A stretch of 64,000 bases of DNA from Beijerinckiaceae bacterium (GTDB lineage: Bacteria; Pseudomonadota; Alphaproteobacteria; Rhizobiales; Beijerinckiaceae), in assembly GCA_965277355.1 (NCBI GenBank), contig CBDICN010000002.1, positions 1,029,175-1,093,174 of the forward strand. The letters are read 5' to 3'. How positions within the stretch are numbered: position 1 is the stretch's first letter; the number at the start of each line of letters is the position of its first letter. The position numbers and the translations under genes were made by a program. Below are positions 20,089-30,136 of the stretch, one piece after another. The notes beneath the pieces are model-generated. The model was not told the DNA's origin. It ran no database searches and was given only the letters and a program-made list of their open reading frames with translations.

Positions 20089-20431
20089 CTTCGTCTCACT
20101 TACCTTGACCGTCGAGGGCCGGCGATCGTCGTTCTCGTCAACTGCCTCCCTCACGCATCAGCTCGGGCGAACGCTGGCGTGACAACCGTTATCCCAGTCA
20201 TGCCGGCCGAAATGTGGCAGCCATGTACTTAAACGCTCAACTGCTAAGATGAGGCATGTCCACGGCAACGTCAATTATCGCGTTTGCTAAGCGCACGGCT
20301 TTTATCGGACGCCTTTATTTTGCCGGAGCGGTCGCAAACCGGGAAGACAGAAGCACTCTTCAACGCCTGTTCATATTGCCGGGAGGCGGGAGGCCCGCGC
20401 AGGCACGCGACGGGCACCCGCCGGCCGAAGC

Positions 20432-20935
20432 TTAGAAATTCACCGTCTTGTTCTCGCCCATGCCCTTCGGCGACTCGCCCGTGAGCCGGGCCTTGGCATA
20501 ACCGTAGGCGTAGACCCAGGTGGAGGACGGCGAATCCCAATACTCGGCGCTGTCGACCTCCACGCAGATGAGCGCCAGTTCCGGGTCGTCGGGGCCCTTG
20601 GGGAACCACACGCGTAGCCCTTCGCTCCACAGCTCCTTCATCTTGGAGGTGTCGCGGTGAATGCTGGCATGGCCGGCAACCGAAACGTAATCCTGACTCT
20701 TCGGCTCGGAGTAGGCGAGCAGCACGTGCGCATTCCCTTCGATCTCGTCGAGCTTGGGAGCGTGCTCGCGAGAGGCGAACCAGAGGCGGCCGTTGAAGTC
20801 CTTGTTCAGCGCCGCCATCGGTCGGCCGCGCATCTGGCCGCCGTCGCCGGTGGTGACCATCAGGGCGATCTTGATGTCCTTGATGAGCTCCCAGACCTTC
20901 TGCTTGTCGTCCAGGGAGCTTGTCGTCTCGGCCAT
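20432..20935 (-). CDS. General stress protein, pyridoxamine-oxidase-like FMN-binding split barrel
   Basis: VWELIKDIKIALMVT, GRPMA, WFPKGPDDPELALI..AEYWDS. Confidence 0.8.
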   Translation of the reverse strand: MAETTSSLDDKQKVWELIKDIKIALMVTTGDGGQMRGRPMAALNKDFNGRLWFASREHAPKLDEIEGNAHVLLAYSEPKSQDYVSVAGHASIHRDTSKMKELWSEGLRVWFPKGPDDPELALICVEVDSAEYWDSPSSTWVYAYGYAKARLTGESPKGMGENKTVNF

Positions 20936-20962
20936 TTTGGTCTCCTTCTTCGATCAACGCCG

Positions 20963-20987
20963 AACAGGCCCTCGACACGATGGTTCC
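20963..20987 (-). promoter_or_regulatory. EcfG/SigT-type general-stress promoter candidate
   Basis: GGAAC-N16-TGTT (one mismatch to GGAAC-N16-CGTT), about 30 bp upstream of the general stress gene. Confidence 0.45.
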
Positions 20988-21070
20988 CCTTAGGCGGAAG
21001 GGCCGCAAGCGCGACCGTGGCGGGCTTGCCGCGCCCATGTCAGAACGAACGACGGCCAGCGGAGTCCGAC

Positions 21071-21838
21071 ATGAGCAATGACGAGCGTCCTTCCGAGCCG
21101 GAGCGACCGATTCGCGACCCAGACTTCGATCCGCTTGCCGAGGCCAAGCGCCTGCTGCGCTCGATCAGGGCCGGCTCGCTCGCGACGCTGAACGGATCCG
21201 GGGATCCGTTCGCCTCGCTGATCACGGTGGCGACCGATCACGACGGGACGCCGCTGTTTCTCGTCTCGCAGCTTTCGGCGCACACCCGGCACCTCGACAA
21301 GGATCCGCGCGCCTCGCTCCTGCTGGCGGAGACCGGGGAGGGCGACCCGCTCGCGCACCCGCGACTGACGATCGTCGGCATCGCCGCCAAGGTCGTGGAG
21401 CCGGCGGCGAGGGCGGCGGTCCGCGCGCGGTTCCTGGCGCGCCACCCGAAGGCCGCGCTTTACGCCGACTTCGGCGATTTCTCGTTCTGGCGCCTGGCGA
21501 TGGAGCAGATCCACCTCAACGGAGGGTTCGCGCGCGCGGCGCGCTTCCCGGCCGACCGCCTGCTGACGCCGCTCGGCGGTGCCGGCGAGCTGATCGCGGC
21601 CGAAGCCGGCGCCGTCGCGCATATGAACGTCGATCACGCCGACGCTTTGGCGCTTTACGCGCAGGTGATCGCCGGCAAGCCGCCCGGCGCCTGGGTCGCG
21701 ACCGGTCTCGATCCCGACGGCATGGACCTCGCCTGCGGCGACCTCGCCGCGCGCATCCCGTTCCCCGACCGGGTGACGAACGCGCACGACCTCCGCAAGG
21801 TGTTGGTGAAGCTCGCGCATGCGGCGCGTGCCGCCTAG
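21071..21838 (+). CDS. HugZ-like pyridoxamine-oxidase family protein with DUF2470 domain
   Basis: GSLATL..SGDPFASL, SQLSAHTRHL, HPRLTI, GGFARA, HMNVDHADAL. Confidence 0.85.
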   Translation: MSNDERPSEPERPIRDPDFDPLAEAKRLLRSIRAGSLATLNGSGDPFASLITVATDHDGTPLFLVSQLSAHTRHLDKDPRASLLLAETGEGDPLAHPRLTIVGIAAKVVEPAARAAVRARFLARHPKAALYADFGDFSFWRLAMEQIHLNGGFARAARFPADRLLTPLGGAGELIAAEAGAVAHMNVDHADALALYAQVIAGKPPGAWVATGLDPDGMDLACGDLAARIPFPDRVTNAHDLRKVLVKLAHAARAA

Positions 21839-21846
21839 CGCGAGCC

Positions 21847-23277
21847 TCACGACCAGCGGGCGAGGATGCGCACCAGCATGCGGCTGAACCACGTGTAGGG
21901 TGGATAGAGCATGAATCCGCTGGAAAACCGGGACTGGATGAAGACCGGCTTTTCCTTCGAAAGCCGCTCGAAGCCGTGAGCGCCGTGGTAGTGCCCGGTG
22001 CCGGACGGGCCGACGCCGCCGAACGGCAGGTCCTCCTGGACGAAATGCATCAGCGTCTCGTTGACCGAGACGCCGCCGGAGATCGTCGTTGCCAGCACCC
22101 GTTCGCGCGCCGCGGCGTTGGAGCCGAACCAGTACAGCGACAGCGGCCGCTCCCGCGCGTTCACGAAGGCGATCGCGTCGTCGACAAGGTCGTAGGGGAT
22201 GATCGGCAGCACCGGGCCGAAGATTTCCTGCCGCATGACCTCCATCGTGTCCGTCACGTCGAGCAGCAGCGTCGGCGCCATCGTCCGCGTTCCGGGCGCG
22301 GCTGCTCCGACCTCGATCACCCGGGCGCCTTTCGCCCGCGCGTCGTCGACGAGCCCGCGAAGCCGCTCGTGGTGGGACGCGCTGATGAGACTCGTGTAAT
22401 CGGGATTGCCGCCGATCGTTGGGTACTGCTTGGCGATCGCTGTTCGCAGCGCGTCGACGAACGGGTCGAGCTTGCCGCGCGCCACGAGCGCGTAGTCGGG
22501 CGCGATGCAGATCTGGCCGGCGTTGAAGAACTTGCCCCAGGCGGTTCGCTCCGCCGCCAGCTTGAGGTCGGCGGACACGTCGACGATGAGCGGCGACTTG
22601 CCGCCGAGTTCGAGCGTGACCGGCGTCAGGTTCTTGGCCGCCGCCTGCGCGACGAGCCGGCCGACGCGCGTCGAGCCGGTGAAGACGAGATGGTCGAACG
22701 GCAGCGCGGCGAAAGCCTGCCCGGTCTCGGGGCCGCCGGTGACGACCGCCACCTCGTCCTCCGCGAAGGCCTCCGCGACGGCGGCCCTCAGCGCGTCGGC
22801 GAAGAGCGGCGTCAGCTCGGGCGGTTTGATCATCGCCCGGTTGCCGGCGGCGAGCGCGCAGACGAGCGGCGCGAGCGTGAGGTTGAGCGGGAAGTTCCAG
22901 GCACCGATGATACCGACGACACCGAGCGGCTGCCGCATGATGCGCGAGGAGCCCGGCCGCGAGGCCCAGCCGGTCGCGGCGCGACGCGGGCGCATCCAGC
23001 CGCCGAGATGCCCGCGGGCGTGGCGGATCGCGGCGCGCACCGTGTTGATATCCGCGATGTGGGTGACGAGCGCCGGACGCCTGCCGAAGTCGCGCGCGAT
23101 AAGCTCCGCGAAATGCGCGGCGTTGTCCCGCACGAGAGCGTCGAGACGCCGGAGCCGGTCGTCGCGGACGGCCTTTGCCGGTGCCATGTCGCGCGCGAAG
23201 GCTTCGCGCTGGCGCCGCAGGATGGCCGCGAGATCGACGATGGTGTCCGGCGGCAGGGCAATGACGTTGGTGGTCAC
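21847..23277 (-). CDS. Aldehyde dehydrogenase (coniferyl-aldehyde dehydrogenase-like)
   Basis: IGAWNFP, FTGSTRVG, LELGGKSP, NAGQICIAPD, EIFGPVLP; GTG start with GGAG RBS. Confidence 0.9.
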   Translation of the reverse strand: MTTNVIALPPDTIVDLAAILRRQREAFARDMAPAKAVRDDRLRRLDALVRDNAAHFAELIARDFGRRPALVTHIADINTVRAAIRHARGHLGGWMRPRRAATGWASRPGSSRIMRQPLGVVGIIGAWNFPLNLTLAPLVCALAAGNRAMIKPPELTPLFADALRAAVAEAFAEDEVAVVTGGPETGQAFAALPFDHLVFTGSTRVGRLVAQAAAKNLTPVTLELGGKSPLIVDVSADLKLAAERTAWGKFFNAGQICIAPDYALVARGKLDPFVDALRTAIAKQYPTIGGNPDYTSLISASHHERLRGLVDDARAKGARVIEVGAAAPGTRTMAPTLLLDVTDTMEVMRQEIFGPVLPIIPYDLVDDAIAFVNARERPLSLYWFGSNAAARERVLATTISGGVSVNETLMHFVQEDLPFGGVGPSGTGHYHGAHGFERLSKEKPVFIQSRFSSGFMLYPPYTWFSRMLVRILARWS

Positions 23278-23444
23278 GGCGTGCTCCTCGAGCGAAGACG
23301 GCAACTCTAGCACCCGGTTACGATCGGACCAGCATACGAAGGTGGAACGGGAGAGCTCTCGTCGCGGGCGCGTCATCGAACGCGACCATGAAAAAAGGCT
23401 GGCCCGACGCTTGCTGGCCAGAGCACCAGGCCGCGGAGACTTAA

Positions 23445-24287
23445 ATGCGTTACAAGCTTGGGTGTAGGCTCGGCTATCGCCAACTCTCGCAGACCCCTTT
23501 CGTCTTTAACATCGAGGTGCAGAGCTTCGGCAACCAGAGCGTCGTTCAGGAGTGCCTCACGACGATCCCCAGGCTCGAGGTGGAGCCCTGGTTGATGCCG
23601 GAGACCGGCAACCGCTACCTCCGGCTGAACGCGCCGGCCGGCATGCTCGATGTCGAATATACCGCCGTCGTGAACTGGACACCCGAGCTGGAGGAGCCGG
23701 GGGCCGTCTCGGAGGTGACGCTATCGCGTCTCCCACTGTCGGTTTTCCCGCACCTCTATCCGAGCCGCTATTGCCAGTCCGACAAGCTCGAGCGCTTCGC
23801 CCGCAGCACTTTCGGCGGCCTCGAACGCGGCTATGCCCGCGTCAACGGCATCTGCAACTGGATCCACGACTACGTCGCCTACGAAGGCGGTGTGTCGGAC
23901 GCGCTCACCTCGGCGTTCGATACCGTCACCCAGCGTGCCGGCGTCTGCCGCGACTTCGCCCATCTCGGCATCGCGCTCTGCCGCACGCTCGGCATCCCGG
24001 CCCGCTACGCCAGCGTCTACGCCTCGCAGCTCGCCCCGCCCGACTTCCACGCCGTCTTCGAAGCCTACCTCGACGGCCCGAACGGGGGCGGCTGGTACCT
24101 GTTCGACCCGACGAGGCTCGCCGATCCGGCCGGTCTCATCCGCATCGGGGTCGGCCGTGACGCCGCCGACGTCGCATTCTGCAGCCCGTTCGCCTTCGTC
24201 ACCTTCGACAAGCCGCAGGTTTGGATCGAGCCTCTCGAACCGCTCGGCCTGCGGACCACGATGGCGATCCGTGCGCAGGCCGGCTAA
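23445..24287 (+). CDS. Transglutaminase-like protein
   Basis: PSRYCQSD, GVCRDFAH (Cys), DFHAVFE (His), FDPT (Asp). Confidence 0.9.
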   Translation: MRYKLGCRLGYRQLSQTPFVFNIEVQSFGNQSVVQECLTTIPRLEVEPWLMPETGNRYLRLNAPAGMLDVEYTAVVNWTPELEEPGAVSEVTLSRLPLSVFPHLYPSRYCQSDKLERFARSTFGGLERGYARVNGICNWIHDYVAYEGGVSDALTSAFDTVTQRAGVCRDFAHLGIALCRTLGIPARYASVYASQLAPPDFHAVFEAYLDGPNGGGWYLFDPTRLADPAGLIRIGVGRDAADVAFCSPFAFVTFDKPQVWIEPLEPLGLRTTMAIRAQAG

Positions 24288-24339
24288 GCGCGCGACCGCT
24301 CGATGCAAGCTGGGGAAACCGCGAATTTTTTCGGTTCCG

Positions 24340-24355
24340 TTAACACCCCGTTAAC
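24340..24355 (+). promoter_or_regulatory. CtrA binding site, full consensus
   Basis: TTAA-CACCCCG-TTAAC = TTAA-N7-TTAAC. Confidence 0.75.
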
Positions 24356-24432
24356 ACTTTTGGCGAAGTTTCGATCAGCTTGGTGCGCGGCGGCGGCGCC
24401 GAGTCCGACGACAATTGGAAGAGGCCTTCACG

Positions 24433-24636
24433 ATGGATCTCGCGCAAAACGCCCATAACGGCGCGGCAGCTCTGTGCGGCGTCGTCACGACGCTCCGGCG
24501 CCTCTACAGGCCGCAGTTCGAGGCGGAGCCCGCCTTCACGACGGCGCTGAGTGCGTTGCAGCGCAACGAGCAGCGGGCGCTCTCGCAGATCGCCTCGATG
24601 GCGCGCCGGCCGGCGATGAGCGGCAACCCCGCTTAA
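24433..24636 (+). CDS. Small hypothetical protein (67 aa) downstream of the CtrA box
   Basis: GAGG RBS; only sensible ORF between the transglutaminase and the convergent hydrolase. Confidence 0.55.
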   Translation: MDLAQNAHNGAAALCGVVTTLRRLYRPQFEAEPAFTTALSALQRNEQRALSQIASMARRPAMSGNPA

Positions 24637-24677
24637 GGGCGTCGCAGTTTCGCGATCGTCCGCCTCGGGCGCCAGTC

Positions 24678-25853
24678 TCAACTCTCGAGCGCGGCGTAGA
24701 TCATCGTGCGAGCCAGCGTGCGGTAGTGCTGGCGCTGCTGCGGGCTGGAGGTCTGCATCATCAAGATCGCGAAGAACCCGCGGGCGGGATCGACCCAGAA
24801 ATACGTCCCGCCGACCCCGCTCCAGAAAAAGTCGCCGACCGTGCCGGGAAACGGCGCCACGCCGGCGACGAGCCGCACCGCGAAGCCCAGTCCGAAACCG
24901 TAGCCCGGTCCCGGCGGGTAATAGGCCGCTTTGGCGATGTCGCGGCCGAGATGGTCCGCGGTCGCCAGATCGATCATCGCCGCGCCGACGACGCGCCGGC
25001 CGGCGAACCGGCCGCGCGCCAGCAGCATCCGCAGGAAGCGCGCCTGGTCGTCGAGCGTGGAGACGAGGCCGTGATTGCCGCGCTGGCCGCGCCGGGGCAC
25101 GCAGGGATCATAGAAGATCGGCCGCTCGTCCGACCGCTGCGGCAGCGGTTGCGCGACGCGCCCGCGCATCGTTGGCGGCGGCCGGAACGTCGTCTCGGCC
25201 ATGCCGAGCGGCTCGAACAACGTGTCTTCGAGCACGCCCTGGAGATCGCGGCCGGCGACGACCTCGAGCACGCGCCCGAGCACGTCGGTGGCATGGGAAT
25301 AGTGCCAGACGCGACCCGGCTGATGCTCCAGGGGAAGGGCGGCGATCCGCGCCGCGAACTCGGCGTTGCAGAGATCCTCTTCGAGCAAGCCGTCGGCGAC
25401 GTAGGCGCGCTTGGCCGCGCCGTCGCCGAGAAAGCCGTAGGCGAGCCCGGCGGTGTGCCGCATCAGGTCCTGGATCGTCGGCGCCGCCTCGGCCGCCGTC
25501 GTGGTGCCGTCCGCTCCGGCGACGCGCAGGTCGGCGAAGGCCGGGATGATGTCGGCGACCGGCTGATCGAGGCGCAGAACGCCGCGCTCGGCGAGGACGA
25601 GGGCGGCCACCGTGACGACCGGCTTGGTCATGGAATAGATTCGCCAGATCGCGTCGCGTAGCAGCGGCGCGCCGGCGGCGACATCGCGGGAGCCGGAGCA
25701 ATGGGCGTAAACGTCGTCCCCGGCATCCCCGACCAGGATCGCGGCGCCCGGGATCGCACCCGCCGCGACATCCGCGTCGAGCCGCGCGCCGATAGCCGCG
25801 AGGCGCCGCTGGTCGAAGCGCGGGGTATCCAGCAGGCGGTGTGGCTCCGGCAT
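24678..25853 (-). CDS. Serine hydrolase, beta-lactamase/PBP-like family
   Basis: RIYSMTKP (SxxK), LMRHTAGL, WHYS, FFWSGVGGTYFWVDP. Confidence 0.88.
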   Translation of the reverse strand: MPEPHRLLDTPRFDQRRLAAIGARLDADVAAGAIPGAAILVGDAGDDVYAHCSGSRDVAAGAPLLRDAIWRIYSMTKPVVTVAALVLAERGVLRLDQPVADIIPAFADLRVAGADGTTTAAEAAPTIQDLMRHTAGLAYGFLGDGAAKRAYVADGLLEEDLCNAEFAARIAALPLEHQPGRVWHYSHATDVLGRVLEVVAGRDLQGVLEDTLFEPLGMAETTFRPPPTMRGRVAQPLPQRSDERPIFYDPCVPRRGQRGNHGLVSTLDDQARFLRMLLARGRFAGRRVVGAAMIDLATADHLGRDIAKAAYYPPGPGYGFGLGFAVRLVAGVAPFPGTVGDFFWSGVGGTYFWVDPARGFFAILMMQTSSPQQRQHYRTLARTMIYAALES

Positions 25854-26039
25854 GTCGAGGCTCCTACCACGGCACGGTGATCGGCCGAAGCGCGCGCCTT
25901 CCGGCCAACTGGGCCACGCGGACGACGATCTTGCCGATAGGCTTGCCGCTTTGGCGATGCCCGAAGTTTGAAAGCGCCCTCGCCCGCTTGCCGAGCGGCA
26001 GCCCGGGCTTAAGTTCGACAGGCGGCAGGGAGAGACAGC

Positions 26040-26744
26040 GTGGCGGACAGGAAGATCGCGATCGTCGCAGGGGTCGGCCCGGGCACCGGTGCAGCGCTGG
26101 CGCGCCGTTTCGATGCCGAGGGCTATCGCGTCGCGCTGCTCGCGCGCGACAAGGCCTTCAGCGAACAGCTCGCTCCCACGCTGGACGGCGCCAAGGCCTA
26201 TGCCTGCGACGCGTCCGACGAAGGCTCCGTCGCCGCGACGATGGCGGCCGTTCGCGCCGACATGGGCGAGGCATCGGCGCTGCTCTACAACGTCGGGTCC
26301 GGCACCTTCGGCGACGTCATGTCGATCACGCCGGCGCAGTTCGAGACGACCTGGCGGGCCACGGCGTTCGGCGCGCTGCTGATGTCGCAGGCGGTGGTCC
26401 CGGCGATGAAGGCGCGCGGCGAAGGCGCCATCATCTTCACCGGGGCCACCGCCTCGCGGCGCGGCGGCCCGCGCTCGGCGGCGTTCGCCCCGGCCAAATC
26501 GGCGCAACGCGCGCTCGCGGAATCGATGGCGCGTAGCCTGTGGCCGGTCGGCATCCACATCGCGGTGATGATCGTCGACGGCGTCATCGACATCCCGCGC
26601 ACCCGCGCGATGATGCCGGACAAGCCCGACGACTTCTTCCTCAAGCCCGACGCGATCGCGCTGATCGCCGCCGATCTCGTTCGGCAGGACCGCTCCGCCT
26701 GGAGCTTCGAGGTCGAGGCGCGACCCTTCAAGGAGAGCTGGTGA
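26040..26744 (+). CDS. SDR family oxidoreductase
   Basis: GVGPGTG, YNVG, FTGATASRRG, AFAPAK. Confidence 0.88.
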   Translation: MADRKIAIVAGVGPGTGAALARRFDAEGYRVALLARDKAFSEQLAPTLDGAKAYACDASDEGSVAATMAAVRADMGEASALLYNVGSGTFGDVMSITPAQFETTWRATAFGALLMSQAVVPAMKARGEGAIIFTGATASRRGGPRSAAFAPAKSAQRALAESMARSLWPVGIHIAVMIVDGVIDIPRTRAMMPDKPDDFFLKPDAIALIAADLVRQDRSAWSFEVEARPFKESW

Positions 26745-27310
26745 GCGAGCTGCTGAGCCCTGCCGGCCGCGAGGCCGGGACCGTCGTCGCGGTCAGCATG
26801 AGCCCGACGCACGGCTTCTCGAAGACGCCGCGCCCGAGCATCACCCTGCTCGCCGGCCAGGGCGTCGAGGGCGACGCCCACGCCGGCCGCACCGTCCAGC
26901 ACCTCTACCGCGTCAAGCTCGACCCGCGCGCGGAAAACCTCGCGCAGGTGCACTTCCTCCATGCAGAACTGTTCGAGGAGCTGGCGCGGGACGGCCATGC
27001 GATCGAGCCGGGGGCGATGGGCGAGAACGTGCTGACGCGCGGCCTCGACCTGCTCGCCATGCCGGCCGGCACCCTGTTCCGGATCGACGAGGCCCTGGTC
27101 GAGATCTCCGGATGCCGCGATCCGTGCAAGAAGATCGACAGCCTCGGCAAGGGGCTGACGAAGCGGCTGTTCGGCAGGGCGCCGGACGGCAGCCTGATCC
27201 GCAAGGCCGGGATCATGGGGATCGTGCTCGAGGGCGGCACGATCCGGCCCGGCGACACGATCGCGGTGACGCTGCCGGCGCAGCCGCACCGGCGCCTCGA
27301 GGTGGTGTGA
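26741..27310 (+). CDS. MOSC domain protein (YiiM-like)
   Basis: GVEGDAHAG, GENVLTRG, RDPCKKID; GTGA overlap with the SDR gene. Confidence 0.85.
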   Translation: MSELLSPAGREAGTVVAVSMSPTHGFSKTPRPSITLLAGQGVEGDAHAGRTVQHLYRVKLDPRAENLAQVHFLHAELFEELARDGHAIEPGAMGENVLTRGLDLLAMPAGTLFRIDEALVEISGCRDPCKKIDSLGKGLTKRLFGRAPDGSLIRKAGIMGIVLEGGTIRPGDTIAVTLPAQPHRRLEVV

Positions 27311-27456
27311 GTGCCAGGAAGCCCTCGCCCGTTGGCAGGGCGCACGCCCCGCCGGACCTTACTGCGTTGCCTCTTCGAGGAGATAGGATCGTCGCCTTTG
27401 TACGGTGCGTCTCCTTCGGTTAGGATGACCCGATCGCGTGCCGCATACGTCGGCTC

Positions 27457-27492
27457 GTGACGCTTGTGACGCTTGTGACCCCTGTGACACAA
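27457..27492. repeat. Four 9-bp direct repeats with GTGAC core
   Basis: GTGACGCTT GTGACGCTT GTGACCCCT GTGACACAA in a 430-bp intergenic region. Confidence 0.75.
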
Positions 27493-27741
27493 GATTGAGA
27501 ACGCGAGAATGCTCCGCGGTCCTGCGGGTATAAGGATATGCGTTTGACCAAGGAGATACCGGGCCGCCGGCGTGCAGACAGGTCCGACCGATGGTTTTGC
27601 TCGTAGCGCATCCTCCGCGTTAGACATGACGCATCCTGACGCGTGTTTGTCGACGTTTCGGATTTTTAGACCGCGCTGAAGCGGACAGCCGCTGGCGTCG
27701 CGACAGCGCCGGGCGTCGCTCCTGCGAGAAAGAGGGGAAGC

Positions 27742-28104
27742 GTGACCACGGAGAAAGCTCCCACGGACAGCAAGATCGCCGAACGTCTCGCAGCGCTGCC
27801 GTACTGGCGCTACGCCGACGGCGCGATCCAGCGCACCTACAGGACCTCGGGCTGGCGGGCCACGCTGATGGTCGTCACCACCGTCGGGCATCTGTGCGAG
27901 GCGGCCTGGCACCATCCCGACCTCGTCGTCACCTACGACAGCGTGACGGTGAAGCTCTCGACTCATTCGGCGAAGGGCATCACCGAGAAGGATTTCGCGA
28001 TGGCGGCGAAGATCGAAGCGGTGGTCGCCTGGCAGCCGGCCAAGGAGGGCGGCGCGCTGACCGGGCCGCCGGCGAGCCACGCCTACTTGATCCACGATGC
28101 GTGA
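27742..28104 (+). CDS. Pterin-4-alpha-carbinolamine dehydratase
   Basis: IQRTY, EAAWHHPDL, HSAKGITEKDFAMA. Confidence 0.9.
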   Translation: MTTEKAPTDSKIAERLAALPYWRYADGAIQRTYRTSGWRATLMVVTTVGHLCEAAWHHPDLVVTYDSVTVKLSTHSAKGITEKDFAMAAKIEAVVAWQPAKEGGALTGPPASHAYLIHDA

Positions 28105-28115
28105 GGCCGGCTCGC

Positions 28116-28390
28116 TCACCGACGCGGTCGCGGACCTGCACGGCAGGCGCGATAGCCGGCCGGCGTCGGCTCGCGGTGGACCCGCGTCTGCAAGGTGACG
28201 GCATTGACGACACAAAGCTCGGCGATGCCGAACACCGCGTAGAGGCCGGCCTTGCGTCCGAGGTCGTAGTTCAGGCTCGAGATCGGAGACTCGTGCTCCT
28301 GGAGAATACCGCCGGCGGTCGGCGCCTCGATCTCGGCCACGGTGAAGCGGCGGCGCGGCAAGCCCTCGGCCGCCGTGGTCGTCGGTATCG
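28116..28390 (-). pseudogene. Uma2-family endonuclease relic with internal deletion
   Basis: AEGLPRRRFTVAEIEA joined almost directly to SSLNYDLGRKAGLYAVFGIAEL; catalytic core absent, no clear start. Confidence 0.7.
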
Positions 28391-28416
28391 CGGTTCCAGA
28401 ACGGTCGCGCGCTCCG

Positions 28417-29115
28417 TCAGCGCCGCAGGCAGCGCTTCCAGTCGGCGTCACCGCGGGCGCGGGCGACGATGCCGCTGGCGAGGCGGCGCTGGAACGGACG
28501 CGGATGGCCGGCGTCGCGCGAAAAGGGATTGGGCAGCGCCGTCGCCAGCAGCGCCGCCTCGCGGGCGTCGAGCTTCGCGGCGGCCTTGTGGAAATAGTGC
28601 CGGGCGGCCGCCTCGACCCCGAAGATGCCGTCGCCCCATTCCGCGATGTTGAGATACACTTCGACGGTGTGCTGCTTCGACCACAGCTTATCGAGGCCGA
28701 GCGCGATGGCGATCTCGGCCGCCTTGCGGATCTTCCAGCGCACCGGCCACAGGAACAGGTTGCGCGCGGTCTGCATGGTGATGGTCGAGGCGCCGCGCGA
28801 GGGCCCCTCGCTTTCGGCGTCCTGCATCACCTGGTGCAGGCTGTCCCAGTCGACCCCGTCGTTGCCGCAGAAGGTGGAATCCTCCGAGGCGACGACGGAC
28901 TCGACCAGCACCGGGGCGATCGCCGTCAACGGCACGTAGTCGCGCTCGTAGCCGCGAAAGGTGAGCGTGCGTGAAAGCATCAGGGTCGAGACCGGTGGCG
29001 CCACGGTGTCGATCAGGAACAGGCCGACGAACACGAGGACCAGGGTGATTGCGCCGTAAATGACGCATCGCATCAGGATTCCGAAAAGCCCCGGCCCACG
29101 CCGCCCAACTGCCAT
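28417..29115 (-). CDS. mtgA: Monofunctional biosynthetic peptidoglycan transglycosylase
   Basis: VVASEDSTF, RGASTITMQTARNLFLW, EVYLNIAEWG, FGVEAAA. Confidence 0.92.
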   Translation of the reverse strand: MAVGRRGPGLFGILMRCVIYGAITLVLVFVGLFLIDTVAPPVSTLMLSRTLTFRGYERDYVPLTAIAPVLVESVVASEDSTFCGNDGVDWDSLHQVMQDAESEGPSRGASTITMQTARNLFLWPVRWKIRKAAEIAIALGLDKLWSKQHTVEVYLNIAEWGDGIFGVEAAARHYFHKAAAKLDAREAALLATALPNPFSRDAGHPRPFQRRLASGIVARARGDADWKRCLRR

Positions 29116-29203
29116 GCGGCAGCCTTGACCCAACCCGATCGATCGGGCAAGCGGAACCAACTTGGCCGCCATTTGAGACGTTGGCCGTCGCTTGAGCGAG
29201 TGC

Positions 29204-30136
29204 ATGACGCGTTACGCCGAAAGCAGCGAGTTCCAGGATCGGTTGACCGCGGTCGCCGAGACGACGGAGCGCATGCTCGGTTCGCTCCTCGGCGACGCGA
29301 TTCTGCCGGGCGAGACGGTGCGGCCGGCGCGTTTCATGGATGCGATGCGCTACGCCGCGATGGGTGGCGGCAAGCGGCTGCGGCCGTTCCTCCTGGTCGA
29401 AACGGCGCGGCTGTTCGGCGTCGGCGGCGAGGGCGTGCTGCGCGCCGCCTGCGCGCTGGAGATGATCCACTGCTACTCGCTGGTGCACGACGATCTGCCG
29501 GCGATGGACGACGACGATTTGCGCCGCGGCCGCCCCACGACCCACAGGGCCTACGATGAGGCGACCGCGATCCTAGTCGGCGACGGGCTGCTGACCTACG
29601 CCTTCGACATCATGGCCGATCCGGCGACGCATCCCGACCCGGCGGTTCGCGCCGAGCTTGTCCTGCGGCTCGCCCGCAGCGCCGGCATCGGCGGCATGGC
29701 AGGTGGCCAGATGCTCGACCTGGAAGCGGAGGCCTCCGCCGAGCCGCATACCGCCGAACACGTGATCACCCTGCAGGCGATGAAAACGGGTGCGCTGCTC
29801 CACTTTGCCGTCGCTGCCGGTGCGCTCCTCGGCGGGGCCGATCAAGCCGCCAGGGCCGCTCTGTCGCGCTACGGCCAGGCGCTCGGCGCAGCGTTCCAGG
29901 TCGCCGACGACATCCTCGACGTCGAGGCGGACGAGGCGGCACTCGGCAAGAAGGCCGGCAAGGACGCCGAGCGGAACAAGGCGACGCTCGTCGCGGCCCT
30001 CGGGCTCAAAGCGGCGTGCGCGCGTCGCGACCGGCTGGCGGCCGTGGCGATCGCAGCGCTCGAGACCATCCCGCAAGGCCGCGATGCCGACGTCCTCAAG
30101 GATGCGGCACGCTTCGCCGTCGAGCGGAAGAGCTGA
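29204..30136 (+). CDS. ispA: Polyprenyl (farnesyl) diphosphate synthase
   Basis: GGKRLRP, SLVHDDLPAMDDDDLRRG, KTGAL, FQVADDILD. Confidence 0.93.
   Translation: MTRYAESSEFQDRLTAVAETTERMLGSLLGDAILPGETVRPARFMDAMRYAAMGGGKRLRPFLLVETARLFGVGGEGVLRAACALEMIHCYSLVHDDLPAMDDDDLRRGRPTTHRAYDEATAILVGDGLLTYAFDIMADPATHPDPAVRAELVLRLARSAGIGGMAGGQMLDLEAEASAEPHTAEHVITLQAMKTGALLHFAVAAGALLGGADQAARAALSRYGQALGAAFQVADDILDVEADEAALGKKAGKDAERNKATLVAALGLKAACARRDRLAAVAIAALETIPQGRDADVLKDAARFAVERKS

Noticed and set aside
24678-26558. 626-aa ORF suggesting a long N-terminal extension of the serine hydrolase
   Set aside because: The extra part is antisense to the SDR gene; the hydrolase domain begins at ATG 25853.
27474-27491. 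TGT-N12-ACA PpsR/CrtJ-type site
   Set aside because: Arises from the 9-bp repeat array, is single and imperfect, and has no photosynthesis gene nearby.
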